From contig JBHGNT010000003.1 in assembly GCA_043228905.1 (NCBI GenBank), positions 18,228,001 through 18,292,000 on the forward strand: a stretch of DNA of 64,000 bases, written 5' to 3'. Below the pieces are notes generated by a model. The model had not been told where the DNA came from and made no database searches. It worked only from the letters and a program-made list of their open reading frames with translations. How positions within the stretch are numbered: the first letter of the stretch is position 1; each line of letters starts with the position of its first letter. The DNA comes from Azolla caroliniana. Lineage: Eukaryota; Plantae; Polypodiophyta. Positions 12,317 through 25,400 of this stretch are shown here, in pieces. A program made the translations under genes and the position numbers.

Positions 12317-13066
12317 TGATGTCGGTGCATCCAACGCACCGGACAAGGCCAAGAAGGCCGGCTACCGGTTGAGCAGAGAGATCGAAAGGTCCACAGACCT
12401 ACGAAAGGTCCTGGAGGAACGGATCCTCCACAACAAAGTGGAGCTGTCGTTGAGGGAAGTGCTCGGTATCGCTAGGAAGGAGTTCGACGACTCCATCGTA
12501 GACTTGGTGAAGTGGAAAAGGCTTTCAACGGAGCCGGAGCTAGAGAAGTCGGTGGAGGTGCGAACAACACACCTAGAAGACATGGACCTGGAGGACAAGT
12601 TGGCAGAAAGCCACTACTCAAGGCTACATTGGGCTAGGGCCACTATGGAAAGCCTTGTTCGGATCGGGGACGTCAAGGAGCCGGTGGTAGACCACGGTTC
12701 AGAGATCAACTTGATATCCATGGACTTCTACAAGAAGGGAAAGTGGTTGATCAACACCAAGCACGGGTGGAAGATACGGGCAGCAACGCGTGCCACGAAG
12801 GAGCTACACGGAGCCTACCTGAATGTACGAGTGAAAATCGGCGATGTCGAGATCGATCAACACTTCTTCGTGCAGGAGACGCCCTCGCATCTGGTGATAC
12901 TCGGAGAACCGTACATCACAGCGGTGCGCATGGAGACGAAGGTGATGGACAACGGTTCGGCGTATGCCTGAGTCAAAAGCCAGGATGGGCACCACCCTGC
13001 TTAGTTTCTGACGGTATAACCGAACCACGAGCGTAACTGCGAGACCCTCGGCGGCGAAAGCCGAGG

Positions 13067-13134
13067 GGATTTTTAGAGAGGGCTATCAAGGCGTGGGGAC
13101 GCGATAGTCCGGACACTCCGAAAAAACCCCACAC
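13067..13134 (+). promoter_or_regulatory. Putative programmed -1 ribosomal frameshift signal (slippery heptamer plus pseudoknot)
   Basis: G GAT TTT is in phase directly before the gag-PR stop TAG (13074-13076), and the RT ORF (13298) is in the -1 frame. Predicted stems 13080-87/13103-10 and 13093-98/13127-32. Confidence 0.65.
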
Positions 13135-16100
13135 AGCTACAATAGGCAGAAGAACATGTAACATAGGTAGGAAGTTTTGGTTCTCCGACAGCGGAGGTTG
13201 TACAATAGCCGACGTCGTTGGCTAAGAGAAGAAGCGGGCAGAAGAGCGACTCAGGGCATGTAGAGTCCTCGTCCCCTAAGAAGAAATCAACGGAGCCGTG
13301 GAGGTGGTCTCTCTTGACGACACCTTGGGGAAGTTACGGAAGATGTTCGGAGAGAGCCTTAGTGAAGACCGGACGACTCCGGTATGTTCGGAAAAGATGT
13401 ACGAAGTCATTGCCAACTTCGTTAGAGGACTCAAGTCGGATCGGACGGCCCGAGTAGATACGAAGTACAAGACTGTGGACCGGAAGGTGAGGCCAGTCGC
13501 GGCACCCTTGCTGGAGGGAAGCGAGTTACGGATGAAGGGGGTCGTGTCAGACCCAAGTTTACGAGATCCGGCTGGCATAGGACACCGATTCACCGACATA
13601 ACGCTACGAGACCTCAAGGTCGGTGGGGGTGGCTTTCTACTGACCGCAGAGGAGGACTGGTTTCAGAGAATGCTCGGGAGGCACGGAAAGGCCTTCGCAT
13701 TCTCGCCAGAGGAGATCGGGTGCGTAGACCCGACGATTGTGGAACCAATGGTGATCTTCACGGTACCGCATGTACCGTGGAATCTCAAACCAATTTCAGT
13801 ACCCAGAGCTCACATCCCGAAGCTGATAGAGCTGCTGAAACAGAAGGTGGATATGGGCATCCTTGAATCGTCGAGTGCCCCATATTCTAATCGGTGGTTT
13901 ACCATGCCCAAGAAGAACGGCACGTTGCGCTTCATTCAGGACCTGAAACCGGTCAACAAGGTGACCATTCGGAACGCAGGAATTAGACCGACCATAGACG
14001 AGTTCGCGGAGGCCTTCGTCGGAAGGTCAATTTACTCGGTCGGTGATCTACACTAGGGATACGATTAGTTCCAGCTAGCCGTGGAGAGCAGGGACATTAC
14101 AACGATGCGGACTCCTCTCGGCCTAGTACGGATGTGTACCCTTCCGCAAGCAGGGACGAACTCGGTAGCCCACATGGTGAACGCAATGAACAAAGTGCTA
14201 AGGGATTGTATCCCGGACATCACCATGTCATTCTTAGACGACATCCCGATCAAAGGATGCTGGGTGGAGGATAAGGACGAGGAAATCGGACCGGACGGAT
14301 GCTGGAAATTTGTGGCAGACCACGTCGATGACTGCGAGAAGGTGTTGCAGACTAGAGGGCGCGAGGCTCACCTTCTCCGGGGAAAAATCGGCCTTCGGGC
14401 AATCGAAGATCATGGTTGCCGGACACCTATGTGGGCCATTCAGTAGGAAACAGTTGTCGGCCAAGGTAGAGACCATCTCCGTGATAAAGCGTGACTGCAA
14501 TTCGGTCACGGAAGTTCGGAGGTTCTTGGGAGCATGCACGTTCTACCATATCTGGATCCCAACTTACGCCCACATCGCGGAGCCGCTCTACGGATTGTTG
14601 AAGGAAGGGTGTAAGTTCAAGTGGAGAGAGGAGCATACGGAATCGGTCCGGAATATGAAAGAGGCACTTGGTGTGGCGCCGACACTCCGGAAAGCGGTCT
14701 ATGGTAAAGACATTCCGATTTACGTGACCGTAGACACGAGTTTGACCGGAATCGGATGGGTGATAAACCAGGAGGATGAGAATGGCACGAGGTTCCCCAT
14801 CCGGTTCGGCGTCAAAGTCCTCAGTGAACGACAGCGAGGGTACGCCCAGGTTAAACGTGAACTCTTGGGTATCGTTTCGGCAGTCAAGGCCAACAAAGAC
14901 TACTTGATCGGGATGGAGGTGATAATTGAGACGGACTGCCTGCCGATTCTCGGTATGGTTTCCGGATGCGCGATGTTGGACCTAGCAATGCTCAAGTGGA
15001 TAGCGTACATCAAGTCCTTGAATCCGGAGATACGACACATTTCTGGAAAAGACAACGCCATGGCCGACATGTTTTCGAGGGCGAGACTCAATGATGAGGA
15101 CGGCATGGTTTCAGAGGACGAAGAAGTCGGCGTGGACTTCTTCGAGACGACTTATGTAACAACAAGGAAGGGGACCACTCCGGCGCTTAACGAGTTCGAC
15201 GAGAGCAAGTACAACGGGGAGTGGCTCCAGATTGGTGGGTTCCTAAAGACAATGACATTGGACGTGGTGTGGACGAAGGAAGAGACCAACCGGATTCGGA
15301 AGAAAGCGTACCGATTCTTCCTACAGGATGGGTGCATATGGAAGCACTCGAAGAAGAGAAACGGCATCCCGCTCTGGGTTGTGGTGAAGAAAGAGGAATA
15401 GGTGGAACTGCTAACGACATACCATGAGAGTCCCTGGGCCGGACACCGCGGGACGTGGCCACATTCGAGAAGCTGAAGGGGAAGTACTGGTGGCCGGGAC
15501 TATATCGGGACGTGCATCGGTTCGTGACGGCTTGCGAAAGCTGTGAGATGCACTCCATAGTCCGACATCGGGACGAGCTCCATCCGACCTACCCTCCAAC
15601 CATCCACTTCAAGTGCATGGTGGATCTAGTGACGATGCCGATGGGGGTAGGGCAGATGCGATATCTGGTGCTAGCTCGAGAGGACTTGACGAACCAAGTG
15701 GAAGGTCGAGCATTCCCGAACAAAACGACTGCGGCCATGTGCTGATTTCTGATCGAAGAAGTGGTATGCTGGTACGGGTGTGTAGGAAAGATCGTAGCCG
15801 ACCACGGAGAACTGGACACACAAGAGGCTGAAGAGTTGTTTGACCAGCTAGGGGTTAAACTATCGCTCACCACGACGTACAATCCGGAGGCGAATGAGAA
15901 GGTAGAACGCGGACACGGGCCGATCGTCAAAGCGTGGAGGCCATGTCGGAAACTGGTTGCAGCTCTTACCCTATGCGTTGTGCGCCGACCGAACTATGCA
16001 CAATTCGGTAACTGGGTTCATGTCGGCAGAGCTGATGTACGGGCAAAAGCCGGTCATGCCAATGGAGCGAACGATCTCCTCATGGGCCACAGTGGACTGG

Positions 16101-17068
16101 AGAGACGAGATGAGCCAGGAGGAGCTGTTAGCAGCGCAGATCCGACAGCTCGATCGAAGACCGGAGGATGTGGAACGAGCCGCGAAAAAGGTGCGGGCCG
16201 TGAGGGTAAAGAACAAGGAACGATTCACCCAGACTCACCAACTAAGGCCGAAGAAAATCGAGGAAGACGACTGGGTTCTGGTATATGAAAACAGCCTCGA
16301 CAACCAGCACAAGGCGATGCGGAAGTTCGCAAGAAGGTGGTTTGGGCCTTACGTGGTGACAAGCGCCAACGACAACGGGACCTACTATCTCGCGGAGCTT
16401 GACGGGACGAGGATGGCAGTACCGGTGGCCGGGAAAACCATCCTTAGGCAGAATCGGAGAATGATGTGCGCGAACCGGCCCTTACACGTGGGCACAAGTT
16501 TTGTTGTAATGTACATATTTAGGTACAAGTTGGCTGATGTGAATATCCTAGGTCACACGGATTTGATAGGTAGGAAATCGAGGCATATCTCTGTCCGAAA
16601 GGACAGAGAATAAAGCTGATGTAACAAGTTGTAATGGCCTCCCTCCTTGGGCTATAAAAGAGAGGGCGAGGAATCGTAAAAGGGGATCGCTTTTGTGGAG
16701 GACGAAGTGCTGTCGGACTGGGACCGAGCTCTTCTCCTCCTTCTTTCTCTGTATTTGCTCTGTGCAGGTTTTCGGGAGGCTGACTCTGCACTGCGGAACG
16801 CCTGAGTGCTTCCGGTAGAGTCTCCATCTCCCTCTTTTGTGTGCGTGTGTGTAGGCGTAGGAGATTTGTCGCTCACAGGCTTGCTGGTTGTAACCCCATT
16901 CTCATAAGAATATACATATATACATATACGCATTCGTCTCATTTCCGTTGTTTCATTCGGTTCCAGTTTCTGTGTATCTCGGTGTGTGTGTGTGGAAGCA
17001 CGGCCGTTGTCTTTCTTGCTCCTACTTCTGATCGGTTATCCCTCGGTCCAAGACCCCCGTGGTCCCGC

Positions 17069-19906
17069 CTTATGGTCATTATGAATTTTTGGTTATGCCT
17101 TTTGGTTTGACCAATGCTCTAGCCATATTTCAACAAGAAATGAATGACATGTTCTAATAACAACTTGGAAAATTTGTCGTTATTTTCTTGGATGATATTC
17201 TAGTTTATGTCGTACATTAGAAGAACATGCTAAACATGTCTGCTTTGTTTTACAAACATTGCACGACAAGCAATTCTACAAGAAGATCTCAAAATGTGAG
17301 TTCTTCAAGAAACAATTACTTGTCTTGAACGTCCCATAACCAAACGATGAGTTCAAATTGATCCTTCTCGCATCCAGAAAATCAAACTTTGGCCCACTCT
17401 TTGGAATATTCAAGAAGTTCGATTATTCCTTGGTTTTGTCGGGTTTTTGCGAAAATCCCTTTGTAATTACTCCCAATTGACGATGACATTTACTGATCTT
17501 CTAAAAGGTCAAACTTGTAAGTCTACAAAACCTATTGTGTGGAATGCTACAATAGACCTCACCTTTATGGAACTCAAGGACCTAGTATGCAAGGCTCCTT
17601 CGCTTCTTTTACCTGATCCGTCAAAACCTTTTGAGGTTGAAACCGATGCAAGCGAATATGCTATAGGTGCTATCTTATATCAAGATGGTAAACCAATAGC
17701 ATTCGAGAGTAAGAAATTTGATTCTGCTCAATGTCGATATACCGTTTAAGAAAAGGAGTTATTTGCAGTTATACATATGGCGTCATTATTTTTATGGAAA
17801 TCATTTTGTGGTAACTACAGACCACGAATCCTTGAAATATTTTTGTGACCAACAAGACCTGAAAGGTCATAAGGCACGATAGGTTGATCTCATCCAGGAC
17901 TTTGATTTTTCCATACAATATCGTAAAGGTTCCATGAACATTGAGTCACATCCGTGAAGTTAACATGCCTAGCTTCACTGAAATAACATCAGATCTTTAT
18001 GGTCACCTTTGAGGAAAGTATCCTGATGACAATTATTTTGCGAAATACTGGGCAAGAGTTGAGTCTGGAACAGACACCACCACATCCTCGAAGGAATCCT
18101 TCCACATTGCTAACGGTTTGCTCTATCGCAATGGGAAGGTCTGTGTTTCAGATTTTCCTGAGGTCAAAAAGAGAAATCTTTTTGAATGCCATGATGCACC
18201 CTTAGCAAGGCACCCTAGAATACATCGTACACTCGTTCTGATCTCCACTCAATTCTATTGGCCTAAGATGCGTCTTGACATACATAGTTATGTGACTAAA
18301 TGTCACCAATGTCAGGTTAACAAGGTCGAGCGACTTAAAGTTGCAAGACTTTTACATCCCTTGGACATTCCCAATAATAAGCGGGAAAGTATATCCATGG
18401 ATTTTATTGTTAGCCTTCCTCGCACCCAAAAAGGCCATGATGCCATCTAGGTTGTGGTTGATAGACTAACTAAAATGGCCAGATTTATTGCTACTAAAAC
18501 CACGATAAAAGCTCTTGAATTGGCTTAGTATCAATTCGTTGAAGAGTTATTTCATTTCTATGGGTTACCAATGGATATCGTGAGCAATCGAGATCCAAAG
18601 TTTACTAGTGAATTCTGGACGCAAGTCTTTAAGAAGTTAGAAACTACATTGACCATGAGCTCCACGGATCATCCTCAATCTGATGAACAGACAGAACGAG
18701 TAAATCAAATTATTGAGGACATCCTTCGAGCATACGTTGGTGCAAAACCAACAAAATGGGAACGTTATCTCCCAAATTTGGAGTTTGCTTATAATAGCTC
18801 CAAGCATATGTCGACGGGATATAGCCCTTTTATGTTGATGTATGGTTTTCAACCACGAACCCCGATTGATGTTAATATACATCATGATGAGTTGCGAAGT
18901 ACGCAAAACTTTCTTTGGGATTGCATATTGCACAAGATTATATAAAAACATCTCAAGATAGAGCATGTTTTTACGCCGATCATAATAAGCAACCTCGTGT
19001 ATTCAACCTTGAATAGAAGGTATTTTTACGTGTACCTCACAATTCTAAGACATTGTCTACGGGTAAGTGCACTAAGTTAGCCCCACGGTTTTGTGGACCT
19101 TTTCAAGTCCTCAAATGGATTGGTTCATCAGCCTATCGTCTCACTCTTCCCGATGGCGTTGAAATTCATTCAGTTTTTCATTTAAGTTGTTTAAAAGAAC
19201 TTCTAGGTTCTGGCGACAATATAGTTACAACTGAAACTCTGGTTACTTCTGAAGAATTATCTTCTAAACCACACGTACCAAAAAGAATTCTCGATGTTAA
19301 AACAAAAAATCTGCGTACTAGAATAATCCGAGAATTTAAAATTAAATGGATGGATAGATCTATCAAAGATGCCACATGGGAACGCGAAAATACTCTTAGA
19401 ACTACCTTCCCTAACTTTCCATTGTAAGAATACAATGTTTTAAAGAGGGGAGTATGTTACGGGCATGACCATATAATATCCCGTGGTGAGAATTTACCAT
19501 AGTATTCTGTACACGTGGATAAGTGTGAGGGTTAAACGAGAGTGTAAAGAAGGGGATGATTACTTTTAATCCTCGGGATTGTCACAACCCATTAGGTCAA
19601 GTGTGAACTTGCCTGGGGACCTTGGGTATCGCTATAAATATGACACCTAGCTACCCTCATTTCATCACATCTTGACTACATTGAGACTCTGTTTCGTGCT
19701 GGGTCAACTCTTGTAGCGAGAGCGCCAGCACCAGGTACGACTCGACACGACGTCGGTGGTATGGGACGCCGATCGAGGCTCGAGTCCATCTCGATCCCTT
19801 CGCTCGGGGGTGGTCGTGTGGATTGGCACCCTTCTTTCTCTCTCTCCTTTCTATCTACCTACCTTTTATCCTTATCATATGCTTACTTTAGATCATAACT
19901 CTAACA
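17069..19906 (+). mobile_element. Ty3/Gypsy chromovirus, 3' half (decayed RT-RNaseH-IN-chromodomain plus 3' LTR)
   Basis: [16 protein letters not shown] at 17070; FEVETDASEYAIGA; IN ISMDFI/SNRDPKF/QTERVN; FCGPF; chromodomain ILD...FKIKW...DATWE (to 19427). PPT AAAGAGGGGAG; LTR 19455-19906 (TGTTA...TAACA). Confidence 0.92.
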
Positions 19907-22441
19907 TATACACAAGTTGCAAGCATCCAACAAAGTGACTAAAACCATGAGAGGTAGCTTAAGGCTTAGGATATTTCATACTTATAATAGGTTTTTAGAA
20001 CTGAAACTTTCAACATTTATGCTAGTATTGAGAAAATGTGATAGGTCCCCATCACAATTGATGATTTTTCCTAAATTTATGCTTGAATGTTTGAAGGTTG
20101 GGTATATATCCTTGTCTCCAATTAAACTATTGGAGGTTATAAATTTACAGGTGTCCTTGATTTGAATACTATTGACAAAAACTAATGGGACACATTCTCC
20201 AAAAGATGCAAAATTTAAATATTAAGTTTGTATTTTTTTATGTCAACTATTGGTGGGTATCTCAAACTAATCCTTACATAATTTGCGGTTGCATGCTTAC
20301 GAATTTTGAGTATCAAAAGAAATCTAGATCTTTTTTATGGGCTTTTCCCTTCATTCTCATTCAAGAACTAAGTCTACATTCATCTAGTTAAAATAGTTTA
20401 GATTTCTTTAAGAGGAGTGGAGAAAAATGAAAATTTGGATAATTGTTAAGTAAACGTATCATGCCAACTTCTTTTACAATGATCCAAAGAAGAGCTATAA
20501 TGTAAATTTCTTACTTGTTTGAAAAATGTACAAGCATGAGGGGAGGAGAAAGTTATAGAGAAATCATGTGATAAAAAAGGGTACAACACATTCTTCGTAC
20601 CTTAATGGAGTACAAGACATTCTCTCTATGAGGTTGCAATGACTAAGTGTTTGAAAGCTTTGAACCTTTGAATGATCTCTTCAACATCATCCATTTGTCA
20701 ACTTTGTGAGCTTCATGCATCTTTCTAAACTCCTAGTCTTTGTGTTAAAGTTGTTTGTCCCTTTAGGGCGATAATTACTCATTTTATGTGCATGTTTTTG
20801 TTGAGGGAGACCATGCAAGTTATCTCCCTAAGGAGATTTCATCCATGATTATGATCTTCACCTTTGAGGCCATCCCATTTGGTAGCAACCCTCAAATATG
20901 TGGATTGAAAGTATTCTCTTTTTGGATCAATGTTTGATAAGCTTGTCAACAGTGTTGAGGCTATTTGTGTGGTGGCAAAGGCTATTAATGTGATGGACGA
21001 AGGTTGTATGTAGGACATTTTGGATCCTTGCTGAAAAATGTTCCTAATTGTCAGGGTAGGAATTACCTAAAACACACTCTCAACCATGGCCTAGAAAAAA
21101 AATGATTACATGAGTATTAGATTCATAAAAGTCACACCAAGATGAAAAGGCTTATGAAGAGGGTATTGCCACCTATGCCTCGCATTTTTCTTAGGGTCAA
21201 ACATATAGTTAAGTTCGAAGCATATATAAACATGAATAGGAAATGGGTTTGGGTACGATGGACTTCAAGAAATTGTACCAAGTTTCCACATTGGGCAATC
21301 GATGGTTTGAGGTGTTGCCACATGGAAGTAAATGCATGGTGTTGCCACATGGTGGGAGGTGTTGTCATTCTTGAGCTCTTGAGGGATGGACAAAGTGTGT
21401 ATGTAAATGCAATTTATTCTAGAGGGAGAATACACGACTTACTTTTGCTTTCAATATTTCATTACCGATTACATTGTTTGCTATTTCAATTAGATTGATT
21501 GGTTCTTTATTAATTGAATGTTTTGATCCATCAAATCTATTGACTAAAGCAACTACTACATAATATTCTACTTAAGTATAATTGTATGGTTTCACGTTCC
21601 TTTTGTATCTATTGTTGTATGAAAGAGTAAAACATTCATACAAAATTTCACACACTTGAGATAATAATAAAAATAATAATAATAATGTTAAATGATGAAT
21701 ATCTATGGCATTCTTGTATATGTAGGATATAGATACATATGTGTTGACACTTCAATATCATTCCCATATGTCATCACTGTCATGTTTGTTTGTTCTTATT
21801 CTTTCATTTTTCTCGAAGCATATAGCACACTAGTCTCTAACCTAGTACCATTCAATCATATCTCTCCAAAGATTAGACTAATATAATAAATCACATCATA
21901 ATGTTTGGTAACACTTAGAGAGTTGAATAAAGAATGGTATTGTATCCAACCTTGGTGCCTAACATTTAAGTGGACCACACATCATTATAACTAATTTTGT
22001 ATTTGTTTGTTTGTTTGATTATGTGCATGAGATGCAATAATTAAGAAAAATATGATACCAAGTTATCTTATTTTTGTGGACACTAAGAGGTCACTTAACA
22101 CAAATATAATACACTTTCCATTCAATGACACAGAATATATTATATATATGCCTCAAAATGATGATTATTTGTGGCATTGAAGCATATACATCATTTTCTT
22201 CTCATGAAGAATAGAGAGAGACAATAATAGTCACATTCTTCCAAACTAATGGGAAAGTAGCTTTATTTTGGAAAAAAAAAAAATAGTCACATTCTCTTAT
22301 AATTTATTCCACATTTGATATTCAATGTTATAGTTTATTCTCATGTTTACATGTAATAGCGAGATATGGATAAATAACACTTTGTCATACATAGAACTCT
22401 TTCTAGGTTCCATTTTATAAAAATAACTAAGACAACCTTTG

Positions 22442-25400
22442 TTTTTTTTTCCCAAAAAAAACTCCTTCCATTAGTTATAAAATTTTACAAACAAGATGAT
22501 TATGTACTATAAAGAGTAACGTGCGGAAGCAAGTATGAAGACCGAACAGAAGGAAGAAAACTCAGGTTTAATGGAGAGCTTAAGCTTACGCAGTATACGC
22601 GGGAGAGACAGAGAGAGTGATAGAGAGAAAACACAAGAACTATATTCAAAAAACTCTATTCACCATTCTCTATACATATGTGTGTTCAATGAACACTTTT
22701 ATACAAGTCCTAGAAGGACTGACCGAAGTATTGACAGTACTTCAATGCTCACTAAGAGCTCCTACACTAAGTCCCAAATATATACCTCACGGAATATCTT
22801 TCCTAACAGCCTCCCAGTTTACGCACCAATCCGGTCCTACCTACACACCGGTCTGCGTACCGGTTTACGCATTCGGCCTAACCGATCAGTCCCAACCGAT
22901 CCGGTCCTCGGCTTCTTCAGTCGATCTGGCCGATGTTGAACTTGTCTCTCAACACTCCCCCTCAAGCTCAACTTGAGGCTCTTCGGGATCTTCGGGCTCA
23001 CAGCTCCGGTTCCTCCTGGCTTCACGTCTCGCTCGCGCTCCACGACCTGTTCGACTCCGCGCGCTTCGACCCTTCCGGCCGGCTTGTCTGCTCATGTGGC
23101 CCCCATCAGCTCTTCTGCTGTTGCGGTGTTGACGCTTCTTCTGCTGCCTTTTCTTCTGCTTGGGCCTCGATTGATTCAACGTGTCTGAATCAAACATCCG
23201 AACCGACTCGGCTACCTCCGATCGGTTTTCGCTCTCGTCCAAGTTGGCTGTCTCCAACTCGTCTTCGGTCTTCTCGCCCTCGGTGGCGTCATCTTCCCCA
23301 TGAGTGGTTGGCTTCGGCTCTCTCCTTCGGTTGCTCCCCTTCTGTCCGCTTCCGAACTTTTCCGCGGGTCCGCCCTCGGCTTCTTCAGTTGATCCGAAGT
23401 CGAACTTGACAACCGACTCGGTGTCGCGGTCTCCGCTCCTTTCCTGCTACCTTGCTTGGTCGTTCAGGACTGTTCTCCCCCTCAAGTTGGACACGTCGAG
23501 GTGACGCAATTTGAGCGCACCCGAGAATCGCCGCAACTTGTCCAGACCAAGAGGCTTGGTGAAGATGTCGGCAATCTGTCGATCCGTCGGAACGTACTGA
23601 AGTTCGACTTCACCGGAAAGGACACGCTCACGGACGAAATGGTAATGCACCTCAATGTGCTTGGTCCGGGAGTGGAAAACGGGGTTTTTCGCGAGCTGGA
23701 TGTTGCTGAGGTTGTCGCAGTAGATCGTCGTCGGATCTGACACCTCCTCTTGCAGGTCCCTAAGTAGCCGCTTCAACCATATGGCTTCGCATGTCGCGAC
23801 AGCCGCTCCTCGGTACTCAGCTTCGGTGCTCGACAGTGCAACTGTCGGTTGCTTCTTACTGCTCCACGCGATCGCGGCACTTCCGAGGGAGAACGCGTAT
23901 CCGGACGTGGATCGGTGATCGGCAGCATTGCCAGCCCAATCAGCATCGGTGTAGCCGACTAACTACACGGCTGCACCAATCCGATATAGCAGTCCCCGGT
24001 CCTTAGTGCCGTTGACATACCGAAGTATGCGTTGCGCACACTGGAGGTGCTCCACGGTAGGTCGCGCCATGAACTGACTGATCACTCCGACCGAATAACT
24101 GAGGTCGGGTCGCGTGATGGTCAAGTATATGAGGCTTCCGACAATTTGTCGGAACCTCGTCGGGTCGCATACATTTTCCGTATCGGGACGAAGCTTGACA
24201 GTTCTGTCTAGAGGAGTCGAGATGGACTTACAATCGGCCATCCCGAATTTGAAGAGCATACTCAGCACGTAATGACGTTGGCTGATCAATATGCCTTTGG
24301 GGGTACGGATCACTTCGATCCCGAGGAAGTAATGAAGGTCCCCCAGTTCCTTCATGTCAAACGATGCCGCAAGCTGGAGCTTCACGCAATCGATTTCACC
24401 GAGGTCGGCGTCGGTGATGACCAAGTCATCAACACATAGTAAAATACTAACCGGTCTGAGTCGACCTTTCCGGATGAACAGGGAAGAGTCCGATTTTGAC
24501 GTGATGAAGCCCATCCGACGCAATTGTTGCGTGATCTTCGCGTTCCAGGCACGCGGGGCTTGCTTCAGTCCGTAAAGGGACTTCTTCAGTCGGCATACTG
24601 CCGAGGAGTTCGTTTCGGAGTGAAATCCAGGGGGTTGTACCATGTACACCTGTTCCTCAAGGTCACCTTGCAGGAACGCATTCTTTACATCCATCTTATG
24701 TAAGTGCCACCCCTTCACCGCACCTACTGCGAGCAAAACACGGACGGTTGTCATTTTCGCGACTAGCGCAAACGTCTCATCATAGTCGATGCCGTGTTTC
24801 TGCGCGTAGCCCTTTGCCACTAGCCGAGCCTTGTACCGGTTGACCGAGCCATCGGTGTTGTACTTGACCTTGTACACCCACCTACACCCGATCGGTTTTA
24901 CCCCTTTTGGTGCGTCAACTAGGTCCCAAGTCTCGTTCTCAGCCAATGCGTGCATCTCTTCCTCCATCGCGGCACGCCACTTTGCGTCTTTAGCTGCTTC
25001 TACGTAGCTCTCTAGCTCATGCACTTCCGCTACACGGGTCATGTACGCATAATGATGCGCCATGTACTCGTTGTATCCGAATTGCAAAACAAGGTTCTTC
25101 AGGCGGGTAGATCGGCGTAATCTCACATTAGCCGATGTCGAGGCCTTCTCGGTCGACGCGGACTTCACCTTTAAAGACCCGTCACCTGTTCCCTCGGAGT
25201 CGGACTCGCGTCATTCTAACTCGTTTCTATCCGTGCCGGAATCCGACACCTTCTTCTTCCCTTTCTCTTTGCGCGTAAGCCCTCTCCTCGGCTTCCTGCG
25301 CGGGGAATGCACGGTCGAGTCTCCACTACTCGCTGGCTCTTCATCGGACTGGTCATACCAACTCAGTCGTCCAATCGGTCCACTCGGTCCACTTAAACGG

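Larger units (their letters stand above)
5627..17068 (+). mobile_element. Ty3/Gypsy LTR retrotransposon (no chromodomain seen; decayed), interrupted by Copia A1 and Copia B
   Basis: The gag piece 5627-6450 (decayed CCHC knuckle) rejoins 12322 in frame after removing Copia B plus one TSD (5871 nt = 1957 codons). Then PR (DHGSEIN), RT (LPQ...FLDD), RNase H (VDTS, ETD), IN (H..H..C..C, DLVTM, ADHGE, KVERGH, WFGPY), then an LTR-like segment ~16440-17068 with TATAAAA near 16653. Confidence 0.9.

Noticed and set aside
19907-22440. Possible decayed coding remnants in an AT-rich spacer
   Set aside because: No recognisable motif or sustained frame by eye; a translated search would be needed.
22535-22976. 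ORFs repeated in the family-A LTRs
   Set aside because: They recur only because the LTRs are repeats, and show no protein-like features.
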